From NCBI GenBank assembly GCA_017883265.1, contig JADGNX010000001.1, positions 67,361-131,360 on the forward strand: a stretch of DNA of 64,000 nucleotides. Reading direction: 5' to 3'. This document shows, piece by piece, positions 47,441-58,308 of this stretch. Source of the stretch: Thermoanaerobaculia bacterium. Lineage in GTDB: Bacteria > Acidobacteriota > Thermoanaerobaculia > Gp7-AA8. Made by a program: the position numbers and the translations under genes. Numbering within the stretch: the first letter of the stretch is position 1; each line of letters opens with the position of its first letter. The notes under the pieces are model-generated. The model had not been told where the DNA came from. It did not search any database and saw only the letters and a list, made by a program, of their open reading frames with translations.

Positions 47441-48484
47441 ATGGCACGCTTTTCTCAGCCAGTTCTGCGGGATACGTGTAACTACTTGACTGCCTTGCTC
47501 AAAGAGCCGGATTCGCCCCTGCCGCCGGAGGCCTCGACCTTTCTCCACGATTGGCTGGGAGAGGGGTGGCGCGCCGAGCCGCTGCATGGCGACGCGTCGG
47601 TGCGCGGCTATTTCCGCGTGACCGATGTGGATGGGGCGAGCTATGTGCTGGCCTACTATCCGGAGCAGGTTCGCAGCGAGCTGCCGCGCTTCATCGGAGC
47701 GTATGAAGCGATCGCGGCGCAGGGGCGGGTGCCGGAGGTCCTGAGACACTCGCTCTTCGCCGTGGCCCAGCGCGATGTGGGCGACCAGACGCTCTACGAT
47801 CTGCTCGGTCAGGACCGGCGGCGGGCCATGCCCTTCTACCGGCAGGCGATCGATCTGCTGCTCCAGTTCCAGGAAGCACCCGGTCGGGAGGTCAACGCTC
47901 CTTTCAGCGCCGAGTCGTTCCTGGCTGAACTGGAGATGACCCGGCAGTTCTACGTCGAGCAGCTGATGGGCGTTGCCGACAGCCGGTCGCTGGGTCCGTG
48001 GTTTGAAAAGCTGTCCGCAAAAGTTGCCGGACATCCATACACCTTATGTCATCGTGATTACCACGGCCAGAATCTACATATATTTAATGATGTTCTATAT
48101 GTGATCGACTATCAGGACATGAGAATGGGTCCTGATACCTACGATCTGGCTTCGTTGCTCCGGGACCGCGGCGCGGCCGATCTCCTGGGAGCGGAAGCGG
48201 AAGAGGAGCTCCTGGCGTACTACCAGACCGGCCGTCACTCCGACCGCTCGCTCATGGAGCGCTACTACGAAACGCTTCTCCAGCGCTCCATCAAGATTCT
48301 CGGTACCTTTGCCCGGCAGCCCCTGGTGCGCGGCAGGATGCACTACCTGGACTTCATTCCGCCGACCATCAGCAGCGTCCGTGTCTGTCTCGAGAAGCTG
48401 CCGGAATTCGCAGCCATGGCTAAGGATCTGCCGCTGGACTTCTCGCTGGAGAAGGCGCGCCGCGACGTAGCATCACGCCACTGA
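47441..48484 (+). CDS. Phosphotransferase-enzyme-family (APH/choline-kinase-like) protein.
   Basis: Catalytic HRDYHGQN loop and IDYQD (DFG-equivalent). Start could be the ATG at 47441 or the TTG at 47402. Confidence 0.65.
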   Translation: MARFSQPVLRDTCNYLTALLKEPDSPLPPEASTFLHDWLGEGWRAEPLHGDASVRGYFRVTDVDGASYVLAYYPEQVRSELPRFIGAYEAIAAQGRVPEVLRHSLFAVAQRDVGDQTLYDLLGQDRRRAMPFYRQAIDLLLQFQEAPGREVNAPFSAESFLAELEMTRQFYVEQLMGVADSRSLGPWFEKLSAKVAGHPYTLCHRDYHGQNLHIFNDVLYVIDYQDMRMGPDTYDLASLLRDRGAADLLGAEAEEELLAYYQTGRHSDRSLMERYYETLLQRSIKILGTFARQPLVRGRMHYLDFIPPTISSVRVCLEKLPEFAAMAKDLPLDFSLEKARRDVASRH

Positions 48485-48504
48485 AACGAAGGAGCAGCCT
48501 GACC

Positions 48505-49515
48505 ATGTCACATCGCATCACCTTGCTGCCGGGCGACGGAATCGGTCCCGAAGTAACCGGCGCGGTCGTCTCCATCATCGAATGCTCCGGCGTCGACGTG
48601 GAGTGGGAGAAGTTCTTCGTGGGGGCCGAGGCCATCAGCCGGTACGGCGATCCGCTGCCGCAGGACGTTCTCGATTCCATCCTCCGCAACAAGGTGGCCC
48701 TCAAAGGTCCGGTGACCACGCCGATCGGCACCGGCTTCGCCTCCATCAACGTCCGCCTGCGCAAGACTCTCGATCTCTACGCAAACCTGCGTCCTGTCCG
48801 CTCCCTGCCGAACGTAAAGACCCGCTACGAAGACATCGATCTGATCGTGATACGGGAGAACACCGAGGACCTTTACAGCGGCCTGGAGCACGAAGTCGTT
48901 CCCGGAGTTGTGGAGTCCATCAAGATCATCACCGAGAAGGCCTCCACGCGAATCGCCCGCTTCGCCTTCGATTACGCCCGTCAGCATAGACGCAAGCGCG
49001 TGACGGCCGTGCACAAGGCCAATATCATGAAGCTCTCCGACGGCCTCTTCCTTCAGTGCTTCCGAAATATCGCCGCCCAGTATCCGGAGATCACCGCAGA
49101 CGACCGTATCGTCGACAACCTATGCATGCAGCTGGTCATGAATCCCAACCAGTTCGATATGCTGCTGCTGGAGAACTTGTACGGTGACATCGTTTCCGAT
49201 CTGGCCGCCGGCCTGGTGGGCGGTCTGGGAGTGGTGGCTGGCGCGAACATCGGTCTGAATGGCGCGGTCTTCGAGGCCGTGCACGGAAGTGCGCCCGATA
49301 TCGCCGGACAGAACCGGGCCAATCCCCTGGCGCTGCTGCAGTCGGCGGTCCTCATGCTTCATCACATCGGAGAGCCCGAGGCGGCAGGACGAATCTACGA
49401 CGGCATCGTCACCGTGCTCGAACAGGGTCCAGAGGTCCGGACGCGCGATCTGGGCGGAACGGGGACGACCTCGACCTTCACCGCGGCGCTCTGCAAGGCC
49501 ATCCAGCGTGGCTGA
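48505..49515 (+). CDS. NAD-dependent isocitrate / homoisocitrate dehydrogenase (IDH3-like member of the isocitrate/isopropylmalate DH family).
   Basis: 336 aa. IRENTEDLYSGLEH matches the RENTEGEYSGxEH signature. NLYGDIVSDLAAGLVGGLG is present. Confidence 0.8.
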   Translation: MSHRITLLPGDGIGPEVTGAVVSIIECSGVDVEWEKFFVGAEAISRYGDPLPQDVLDSILRNKVALKGPVTTPIGTGFASINVRLRKTLDLYANLRPVRSLPNVKTRYEDIDLIVIRENTEDLYSGLEHEVVPGVVESIKIITEKASTRIARFAFDYARQHRRKRVTAVHKANIMKLSDGLFLQCFRNIAAQYPEITADDRIVDNLCMQLVMNPNQFDMLLLENLYGDIVSDLAAGLVGGLGVVAGANIGLNGAVFEAVHGSAPDIAGQNRANPLALLQSAVLMLHHIGEPEAAGRIYDGIVTVLEQGPEVRTRDLGGTGTTSTFTAALCKAIQRG

Positions 49516-49933
49516 CCCGGTCGACGCTCGCTCTTTCCAGAAGAGTCTCCGCAAGGGGGTGGCCTTGTTCAATGATCGCCGCTTCTGGCACGCCCACGAG
49601 GCTTGGGAAGAAATCTGGCTCACTGCCGAGAGCGATACGAAGGAGTTTCTCCAGGGGCTGATTCAGCTCTCGGCCGCCTATCACCACCTCGAGCGCGGCA
49701 CTCTGCGTGGCGCCGTCCGCCTCTTCGACGCAGCGATCGAGCGCCTCAGCACGGCGGAGGATACGCGGTGCGGGATCGCCCTGGCCGGCCTTCTGGAGCG
49801 GGCTCTCCGCCACAGGGAATGGAGCCGGCGAGCCCTGGAGCAGGCCGGAGGCATCACGCCAGTCGATGCTCGTCTGGACGATTCGGAGATCCCCAAGATC
49901 CTCTTCGAGGAACCCGTACTTCAGGCAGAATGA
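49508..49933 (+). CDS. DUF309 domain protein.
   Basis: The GTG at 49508 overlaps the IDH stop (GTGGCTGA). FWHAHEAWEEIW…LIQLSAAYHHLERGTLRGA matches the DUF309 core. The track ORF 49259..49933 begins inside IDH. Confidence 0.6.
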   Translation: MADPVDARSFQKSLRKGVALFNDRRFWHAHEAWEEIWLTAESDTKEFLQGLIQLSAAYHHLERGTLRGAVRLFDAAIERLSTAEDTRCGIALAGLLERALRHREWSRRALEQAGGITPVDARLDDSEIPKILFEEPVLQAE

Positions 49934-49982
49934 CCCCTCTTGTCAAGCGCCGCAGGCAGGCTTTTTTACCGCACAGAAAACT

Positions 49983-50012
49983 TTGAACGCCTCGATTCAG
50001 ACGGGCTACAAT
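49983..50012 (+). promoter_or_regulatory. Sigma-70-like promoter: TTGAAC, 18-nt spacer, TACAAT.
   Basis: Read directly. TTGAAC at 49983-49988 and TACAAT at 50007-50012, ~45 nt upstream of the ATG at 50058. Confidence 0.4.
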
Positions 50013-50057
50013 CACCGCTCACTCCACAAATCTACCTCGTGCTCAAGAGGAATCCAT

Positions 50058-51101
50058 ATGCAGGATATCGATCAGCGGGACCGCGAGCTCCTGGCCGCTC
50101 TGCAGTCTGAGGTACCGCTCGTTTCGACGCCATTTGCCGTTGTCGGACAGCGCATCGACATGGCCGAGAAGGAGGTCATCAAGCGCGCCGAGCGGTTGAA
50201 GCGCGAAGGGATCATCAAACAGATCTCAGCGACCTTTGAACCCCGAGCCATCGGATACCGGTCGTGTCTGGTTGCGGTTCGGGTCGACGATGACGAGGTC
50301 GATTCCGCCGCTGCCGCGATCAGCGCACATCCCGGTGTGACCCAGAACTACCGGAGGAACCACGACTTCAACATCTGGTTCACCATTACGGTCGGGACGG
50401 ACTCCAGACTGGGACTCGACCGTACCATCGAGCTGCTGGCCGACGAGGCTCACGCGCAGGTGGTTCGGCCGCTACCCACGATACGTCTCTTCAAGACCGC
50501 GAACCTCGAGATGATCGACGCGCACCCCGCGGATCCCGATCACGGCGGGATCGAAGAGACGCACGGCATACCTCTGACCTCCGTCGAGATCGAGGCGGTG
50601 CGCCTCCTGCAACGCGACCTTCCTCTTCAGCCGCGTCCATTCGACGTCCTGGCGCGGCTCCAGGCCACCATCGGGCCCGACGAGCTTCTGGCCGCCGCAC
50701 GGACGCTCGGCGAGCGCCAGCAGCTGCGCCGCTTCTCTGCCACGGTTGCGCCGCGCAAGCCGGGGTTTTCCGCGACGGCCATGGGAGTCTGGACAGTTCC
50801 CCCCGACAGGGTCGACGAGCTGGGGACGCGAATGGCCGCCCACAGGGCCGTATCTCACTGCTATCTGCGGCCCACGTATGACGACTGGCCGTACAACCTC
50901 TTCACGACGGTGCACGCTCGCTCTGTGGACGAATGTGAATCGATCATTCACGAGCTGGCTGCCGACACAGGTCTGACCGGTGGCCGCGCGCTCTACCCGA
51001 TCCGCGAATACAAGCGCGAACGCGCCAACTACTTCGCCCCGGAACTGCTCGAGTGGGAGTCATCTCGCCATGGCCTGACCGAGCGCAGTGCCGTTTCCTG
51101 A
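50058..51101 (+). CDS. Fused NirD/NirL (AhbA/AhbB)-type siroheme decarboxylase homologue: two tandem Lrp/AsnC-like modules.
   Basis: Start at MQDIDQRDRELLAALQSEVPLVSTPFAVVGQRI. The second module is LLQRDLPLQPRPFDVLARLQ. Both carry the 'PL…RPF' N-terminal HTH signature of NirDLGH/AhbAB. AGAGGAA SD upstream. The track ORF begins at 49707. Confidence 0.65.
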   Translation: MQDIDQRDRELLAALQSEVPLVSTPFAVVGQRIDMAEKEVIKRAERLKREGIIKQISATFEPRAIGYRSCLVAVRVDDDEVDSAAAAISAHPGVTQNYRRNHDFNIWFTITVGTDSRLGLDRTIELLADEAHAQVVRPLPTIRLFKTANLEMIDAHPADPDHGGIEETHGIPLTSVEIEAVRLLQRDLPLQPRPFDVLARLQATIGPDELLAAARTLGERQQLRRFSATVAPRKPGFSATAMGVWTVPPDRVDELGTRMAAHRAVSHCYLRPTYDDWPYNLFTTVHARSVDECESIIHELAADTGLTGGRALYPIREYKRERANYFAPELLEWESSRHGLTERSAVS

Positions 51102-51281
51102 CCACTCAAGTCCTGACGTAGTGTCGCTGCGGCTCCCCCTCGTGCGCTCCGCCCGGCTTGTCATTGTTTTTTGACAGCCGGGATTGGACCGTTCGATCCG
51201 TTAAGCCACGCGCCAGCAGGCAATTACCTTTGCCAAGCCATGCGGAACGCCCCGTGGATTCACGAGACTCCGGAGGCCTTC

Positions 51282-51449
51282 ATGGCAGAAAAGCCGTTTG
51301 ACTTCGTCGATGAGAGCGAGGAGCCGCACGTTCACGGAACCGTGTCGCGCGGAAGGCTTACAGGATGGGAGAGCGTCGTATTCCTCGTCGCAGAGCCCGA
51401 GGATGACGCCATCAGCTCCCCCGGAGCCACCGACGAGACAACGCCGTGA
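51282..51449 (+). CDS. Small acidic hypothetical protein (55 aa).
   Basis: The ATG at 51282 is preceded by GGAGG at 6-nt spacing. MAEKPFDFVDESEEPHVHGT… has no known domain. Confidence 0.3.
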   Translation: MAEKPFDFVDESEEPHVHGTVSRGRLTGWESVVFLVAEPEDDAISSPGATDETTP

Positions 51450-51508
51450 TCGATCGCCGGCGCCCGCTACTCCAGGCGCTCCAGCGATGAGAGACCCGTC
51501 CGCCCAGG

Positions 51509-51718
51509 CTACTTGTCGGACGAGGCGACGGCCGCCGTGGCTGCCTGGAATCCAATCTTCGAATGCGTACCGTCGCAAAACGGCTTCGTGGTCGACCCGC
51601 CGCAGCGGCAGAGAGCCCGTTTTGCCTGGGGAATCTCATTCCCGTTCGGATCGACGAGCGTGTATTCCCCCTCGACCAGCAATGGACCGTTTTCCTTGAG
51701 CCTGATTGTCACAGTCAT
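51509..51718 (-). CDS. CDGSH-type iron-sulfur domain protein.
   Basis: 69 aa. CRCGGSTTKPFCDGTH matches the C-x-C-x2-(S/T)-x3-P-x-C-D-G-(S/A/T)-H signature. Confidence 0.75.
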   Translation of the reverse strand: MTVTIRLKENGPLLVEGEYTLVDPNGNEIPQAKRALCRCGGSTTKPFCDGTHSKIGFQAATAAVASSDK

Positions 51719-51765
51719 GCAATTTCTCCTCGTGATTCGTGTCAGCGTCGGCGAGTGAACCCACA

Positions 51766-51792
51766 GGTGCTTCGCTCAGTCAGCGAAGCACC
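51766..51792 (-). terminator. Perfect 11-bp-stem hairpin GGTGCTTCGCT-cagtca-GCGAAGCACC, downstream of thiC.
   Basis: Read directly. It lies 66 nt after the thiC stop. There is no trailing U-tract, which is common for high-GC genomes. Confidence 0.4.
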
Positions 51793-51857
51793 GCAGATTC
51801 ATGAATGGATTGAAGGGGTAGCGAAAGCGATACCTGGCGTAGCGCGAACAGCGGGAC

Positions 51858-53360
<1,503 letters not shown>

Positions 53361-53407
53361 TCCCTCAGTCTGGGATCGCCAGCACCGATAGTCAAGGCGA
53401 CGTCTCA

Positions 53408-53476
53408 GTGGACAGCGGACAAGGGACGGTGGACAGACCGGGGCGACCGCGACTCTGGTTGTCCACTGTCCGCTGT
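53408..53476. repeat. Array of five G(T/C)GGACA heptamers, three direct and two inverted, in the divergent thiC / thiF-moeB promoter region.
   Basis: GTGGACAGCGGACAA … GGTGGACAG … TTGTCCACTGTCCGCTG, read directly. The units are GTGGACA, GCGGACA, GTGGACA on the plus strand and GTGGACA, GCGGACA on the minus strand. Confidence 0.5.
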
Positions 53477-53508
53477 TTCGCCTTCCCGTTGCCAGAATTC
53501 GCTCCTCG

Positions 53509-54651
53509 GTGCACCATCTCTGCGTGGAAGGACTCAACGAGCGCGAGGAGGAGCGGTACGCGCGACAGATCCGCCTGCCCGAGCTCGGAGCCGAAGGGCA
53601 GCGCCGCCTCAAGGCATCGAGTGCGCTGATCATCGGAGCTGGGGGGCTCGGCAGCCCGGTCAGCATCTACCTCGCCGCGGCGGGGGTCGGGCGAATCGGC
53701 CTGGTCGACTTCGACAGAGTGGACGTCACCAACCTCCACCGTCAGATCCTTTACGGCTCCTCGGATGTCGGCTTACCGAAACTCGATCGCGCCGCGAGCC
53801 ATCTGAGCGATCTGAATCCGGAGATCGCAATCGAGAAGCACAACGCGCGTCTCACTTCGGAAAACGCGCTGCCGATCCTTTCGTCCTACGACGTGGTGAT
53901 CGACGGCACGGACAACTTCGCGACGCGATACCTCGTGAACGACGCAACGGTCATGCTCGGGAAGCCGAACGTCTACGGATCGATTTTCCGTTTCGAGGGC
54001 CAGCTCTCGGTATTTGATGCCCGGAAAGGACCGTGCTACCGCTGCCTCTATCCCGATCCTCCGCCGCCTGATCTCGTCCCCTCCTGCGCAGAGGGAGGAG
54101 TGCTGGGAGTTTTGCCGGGAGTGATCGGAACTTTGCAGGCAATCGAGGCCATCAAGCTCCTGGCTGGAATCGGCGAGCCGTTGATGGGCCGCCTTCTCCT
54201 CTACGACGCTCTGACCACGCGCTTCAGGCAGCTCACCTTGCGGAAAGATCCCCGCTGCAGGATTTGCGGTCCGGCAGCCACTGTCACCTCTCTCATCGAC
54301 TACGAAGAGTTCTGCGGCGGTCCGGTGCAGAGCTCCGGTGAGTACGACGCGCCGTCCCTGGCCAGACGTCTCCAGGCCGAGCCCGCGATCCGGCTGATCG
54401 ATGTGCGCGAGCTGTACGAGTGGACGGCCGGCCACATCGGCGTCGCGGAACACATACCGATGGTGGAACTGCCCGGCCGCTCCGGCGAGCTTGGTCGGGA
54501 CGAGGAGATCGTTCTTTATTGCCGGAGCGGAGCCAGAAGTGCGAAGGCTCTGCAGTGGTTGCGCGAAGCCGGCTTCTCGCGCGTCAGCCACCTCCGCGGG
54601 GGTGCCGCCACCTGGGCTGCGCTCATCGACCCGACGATGCGTGTGGTGTGA
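53509..54651 (+). CDS. Molybdopterin-synthase/thiazole-synthase adenylyltransferase (MoeB/ThiF E1-like) with a C-terminal rhodanese domain.
   Basis: ThiF/MoeB Rossmann GAGGLGS. CxxC…CxxC zinc motif (CYRC…CRIC). C-terminal rhodanese with catalytic Cys (LYCRSGARS). Confidence 0.8.
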   Translation: MHHLCVEGLNEREEERYARQIRLPELGAEGQRRLKASSALIIGAGGLGSPVSIYLAAAGVGRIGLVDFDRVDVTNLHRQILYGSSDVGLPKLDRAASHLSDLNPEIAIEKHNARLTSENALPILSSYDVVIDGTDNFATRYLVNDATVMLGKPNVYGSIFRFEGQLSVFDARKGPCYRCLYPDPPPPDLVPSCAEGGVLGVLPGVIGTLQAIEAIKLLAGIGEPLMGRLLLYDALTTRFRQLTLRKDPRCRICGPAATVTSLIDYEEFCGGPVQSSGEYDAPSLARRLQAEPAIRLIDVRELYEWTAGHIGVAEHIPMVELPGRSGELGRDEEIVLYCRSGARSAKALQWLREAGFSRVSHLRGGAATWAALIDPTMRVV

Positions 54652-55189
54652 GCTCGGATCCGAAGACGACCACGATCGATCTTCCAGTGGCCGGACCGGT
54701 GGTCGATCCGTCGATCACAGCCACTCCGCAGTCGTGGTAGGCCGGGGACATGATGTTGGCCCGGTGCCCCTTCGACTCCATCCACGACTTGACCAGAAGA
54801 GAGGTGGTCTCGAATCCGCGGGCCAGATTTTCGCCGGCGTTCGAAAAGTTGTAGTCATGTGGGGCATACATGAGGAACGGCGTTCGACCGTCGGGAGCCA
54901 CGTGCGCCCAGTAGCCGAGATCCTCCATGTCGCGCATCCGATCGTTGGCCACGGCTTCCAGACGGCCCTCTTCACGTAGCGGTTGGAGACCCGCTTCGGT
55001 GCGATAGCGGTTCATGCCGGCCACGACGGAAGCCGGAGTGATCTCCGCCGGCAGATCGATGGAAATCTCGGAAGCAGGGATCACCACGACTGTCGAGGAG
55101 GGGTGCGGTGGTAACCGCTGCTGCACCGCCTGGGCTCCGGTGGCACCTGCGGCCAGCACGACCGCCGCGATGAACAGGGAAGGTCTCAT
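54623..55189 (-). CDS. Secreted CAP/SCP (cysteine-rich secretory protein family) domain protein.
   Basis: Signal peptide MRPSLFIAAVVLAAGATGAQA. CAP motifs (HDYNFSNAGENLA; HYTQMVW-like GHRANIMSPAYHDCGVAV). 29-nt convergent overlap with the preceding gene. Confidence 0.65.
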   Translation of the reverse strand: MRPSLFIAAVVLAAGATGAQAVQQRLPPHPSSTVVVIPASEISIDLPAEITPASVVAGMNRYRTEAGLQPLREEGRLEAVANDRMRDMEDLGYWAHVAPDGRTPFLMYAPHDYNFSNAGENLARGFETTSLLVKSWMESKGHRANIMSPAYHDCGVAVIDGSTTGPATGRSIVVVFGSELTPHASSGR

Positions 55190-55383
55190 GAGATTGTGTG
55201 CAGTCTGAACGGATCCGGGCCGATCGGCCTTCCCGAACCTGTTACAAATCGCCGTCGAGCGTTGGCGCAGGCCCCTTCCGGGATATCGTCAGCGGTTACG
55301 CAGGCCGCGCGTTGACACCTGCGCATGGTCGTTCATAGACTCTTCCGATTTTTTCGGGACACGGCAGTACTCCAGGAGGCTGA

Positions 55384-56232
55384 ATGCAGCACATCGTCGT
55401 CATCGGTGCCGGAACGATGGGAAACGGGATCGCCCACACTGCGGCCGCAAGTGGGCTCGAGGTGACGCTTATCGATGTGGCTCAGGAGTTTCTGGACCGC
55501 GGTATGAAGGCGATCTCAGCAAACCTCCAGCGAGGAGTGGACAAGGGAAAGATTTCGGCCGGGGATAAGGCTGAGATCATCGGGCGTATCCGTCAGTCCA
55601 CCAGCGTGGCCGACGCTGCGGCCGGCGATCTGGTGATCGAAGCGATCCTCGAGAACCTGGCGGCGAAGTCGGCCCTGTTCAGACAGCTCGACGAGATCAC
55701 GCCGCCAGAGACCATCCTGGCCTCCAACACTTCCTCCATCTCCATCACCAGGCTCGGCGCTGTCACCAGGCGCCCGGACAAGGTCATCGGGATGCATTTC
55801 ATGAATCCCGTTCCGGTCATGACACTGGTCGAGGTAATTCGCGGGATCGCTACGTCGGACGAGACCTACGGCCGCGTCGAAGATCTGGCAAAGAGGATGT
55901 CGAAGACCGCCATCGAGGTGAACGATTACCCCGGCTTCGTGTCGAACAGGGTCCTCATGCCGATGATCAACGAAGCGATTTTTGCGCTCTACGAGGGGGT
56001 GGCCACTGCCGAATCCATCGATGGGGTGATGAAGCTTGGCATGAACCATCCGATGGGCCCGCTGCAACTGGCTGACTTCATCGGCCTCGATGTCTGCCTG
56101 GCCATTCTGCGCGTCCTGCAGGAAGGATTCGGAGAGCCGAAATACCGTCCCTGTCCCCTGCTGGTAAAGATGGTGGACGCAGGATGGCTGGGCAAGAAGA
56201 GCGGACGCGGCTTTTACGACTATCGCAAGTGA
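55384..56232 (+). CDS. hbd: 3-hydroxybutyryl-CoA / 3-hydroxyacyl-CoA dehydrogenase.
   Basis: N-terminal Rossmann VVIGAGTMGNGIA. 3HCDH signature region. 282 aa. Confidence 0.85.
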   Translation: MQHIVVIGAGTMGNGIAHTAAASGLEVTLIDVAQEFLDRGMKAISANLQRGVDKGKISAGDKAEIIGRIRQSTSVADAAAGDLVIEAILENLAAKSALFRQLDEITPPETILASNTSSISITRLGAVTRRPDKVIGMHFMNPVPVMTLVEVIRGIATSDETYGRVEDLAKRMSKTAIEVNDYPGFVSNRVLMPMINEAIFALYEGVATAESIDGVMKLGMNHPMGPLQLADFIGLDVCLAILRVLQEGFGEPKYRPCPLLVKMVDAGWLGKKSGRGFYDYRK

Positions 56233-56331
56233 TCCGAGAAGCCCCTTCCACAGCCTTCGTGCTGCGTTTCCGAGGCTGGCATACTGGGCGCTCATTTCTG
56301 TTTCAGTCGTGGTAAAAGGCTCCCCAATAAC

Positions 56332-58194
56332 ATGCTCTGTCAGACCTGTAGCGCCTACAACGACGACGAACGCGAGTTCTGCTTCCGCTGCCAGAACAAG
56401 CTGCTGGTCCTCTCGGGCCTCAACTCGTACGAAGACGACGATGCGGATGAATACGAGGAAGACGCCGACGTATCGCTCGACGAGCATCTCCTCGAGCGGG
56501 TGTCGGCGCTGGAAGAGATCGTAAAGCGATCGGCCGAGGGACTGCGATCGATTGGCGACGCCATCCACAAACACGAGCGGGCGATCTTCGTGAACCAGAC
56601 CGGCCTCTTGTCCCTCAACGAGCTCCTCGGGAAGAAGAACGTCGTTTCGCGCGAAGAGCTGGTCGATCTGTGGGAAGCGAAGATGGGCGAGCAGATGCTG
56701 GCCCTGGAAAAGAAGGAGCGCTTCGCCGAGCGGAAGGACCGGATCGTCTCACTCTTTCGCGGCGAAAAGAAGGATCGATTCCACCACTTCCTTCATGAGG
56801 CCGAGATGGCCATCGATGCCTTCGAGCCCGACCGCGGCATGAAGGCCCTGGAAGAGGCATTCAAACTCGATCGCGACAATTACGAGCTGAGCTTTTTCCT
56901 CGGCGAGACCTTCTTCAACGACGGGAACCTCGATCGGGCCAAGAACTATCTGGAGCGCACCCTCGAAGTGCAGCCCGATCATTTCGATGCGGCGGTCTTC
57001 TACGGAGTTCTGCTGCACGAGCGTCAGGACCTCAAGGGCGCGGAGCGCTGGCTGCGGCGGGCCATTCAGATCTCTCAGGAATCGTTCCTCCCCTATTTTT
57101 CACTCGGGGCGATTTATGCGGTGAAGGGAAAGCTGCTCAGGGCCCAGAAGTTCCTCGAGAAAGCGATCGAGCTGGAACCGATTCCTCAAGCCTTCTACCT
57201 GCTCGGCACGATCTTCTACGAGAAAGGGCAGCTCGAGCGCGCCATCAAGTCCTTCCAGGGCGCGATCAAGCTCGATCCCGATTACGAAGAGGCCATCTAT
57301 CACCTCGGGCTCTGCTACCTCGATAGGAACTGGAATCGAAAAGCCATTCAATGTTTCCAGGAAGCGCTGGAACTGAATCCCAACAAGATGGAGTACCAGC
57401 AGGCGGCGCGAATCTACGAAGACCACATCACGCGCAGCCACGTGCCGCTCGAAGGGCCGGCCGCCAAGGAGTTCGGCGAGGCCGAGGGCTTCGCCAGTCA
57501 GGGAAACTACTCGGAGGCCCTCGACCATTACCGGCGGGCATTGCAAGCCGATCCGAACAACGTCAAGGTGCTCATTCCGTACGCTCTTCTCTGCTCGCAC
57601 CTGGACATGAATGCCGAAGCGATCGCCGTGGCCAAACGGATCCTCAAGGAGAATCCGCCCGAGGTCGTGGCCGCAGCGGCTTACACAACGCTGGTGGAGG
57701 CGCTGCGGGCCGAGGGAAACTTCAAGGAAGGCAATCGCCTCCTCGAAGAGATGCTGCGGCAATACACGTCGAACTACGCGAAATCGATCGCCTATTACGA
57801 GAAGGCTTACAACCTGGCCGAGATGGGAGAGAGCCTTGACGAAGCGCTGGAGAGCGCCCAGCTGGCGCTCCGCTATTCGCCGAAAGAGCTCAAGCAGTTT
57901 CCTCTGGCGGCGCTCGGTTGGGTCTACTTCAAACGCCGCGACTTCGACAACGCGGTCGACTTTCTGACCAAGTCAGCCGATATCGGACCTACTGCGACGA
58001 ACCTCATGCACCTCGGCATGGCGCTGTTGGAAAGCGGCCAGAAGGAGCGCGCCAAACTCGTCTTCCGAAAGGCCAAGCACTTCAAGACCAAGGGCGCCGG
58101 GCTGGAAGAGAAGATCCTCGAGCAGGTCCGCTCGACCACCAAGCTCATCGACCGGTTGCACGCCAAGAGGCGGCGCACATCGAAAGGGGTCTGA
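56332..58194 (+). CDS. Tetratricopeptide-repeat protein with an N-terminal zinc-ribbon.
   Basis: CQTCSAYNDDEREFCFRCQ zinc ribbon. Multiple 34-aa TPR units (…AIELEPIPQAFYLLGTIFYEKGQLERAIKSFQGAIKLDPDYEEAIYHLG…). Confidence 0.7.
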   Translation: MLCQTCSAYNDDEREFCFRCQNKLLVLSGLNSYEDDDADEYEEDADVSLDEHLLERVSALEEIVKRSAEGLRSIGDAIHKHERAIFVNQTGLLSLNELLGKKNVVSREELVDLWEAKMGEQMLALEKKERFAERKDRIVSLFRGEKKDRFHHFLHEAEMAIDAFEPDRGMKALEEAFKLDRDNYELSFFLGETFFNDGNLDRAKNYLERTLEVQPDHFDAAVFYGVLLHERQDLKGAERWLRRAIQISQESFLPYFSLGAIYAVKGKLLRAQKFLEKAIELEPIPQAFYLLGTIFYEKGQLERAIKSFQGAIKLDPDYEEAIYHLGLCYLDRNWNRKAIQCFQEALELNPNKMEYQQAARIYEDHITRSHVPLEGPAAKEFGEAEGFASQGNYSEALDHYRRALQADPNNVKVLIPYALLCSHLDMNAEAIAVAKRILKENPPEVVAAAAYTTLVEALRAEGNFKEGNRLLEEMLRQYTSNYAKSIAYYEKAYNLAEMGESLDEALESAQLALRYSPKELKQFPLAALGWVYFKRRDFDNAVDFLTKSADIGPTATNLMHLGMALLESGQKERAKLVFRKAKHFKTKGAGLEEKILEQVRSTTKLIDRLHAKRRRTSKGV

Positions 58195-58308
58195 TCCGCG
58201 AGTCAGGCGGCTCGAAGCGAAAAAATGACCCATGCACCTAAGCGATCCGGGCTACCTGAGCTAGCTGATTGTTACATGCGCCATTCTGCGACCTAGCTGA
58301 AAAACCCA

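Noticed and set aside
55312-55342. A sigma-70 promoter for hbd (TTGACA at 55312, then ATAGAC/TAGACT).
   Set aside because: The -35 is perfect, but no acceptable -10 lies at 16-19-nt spacing. It was left unannotated.
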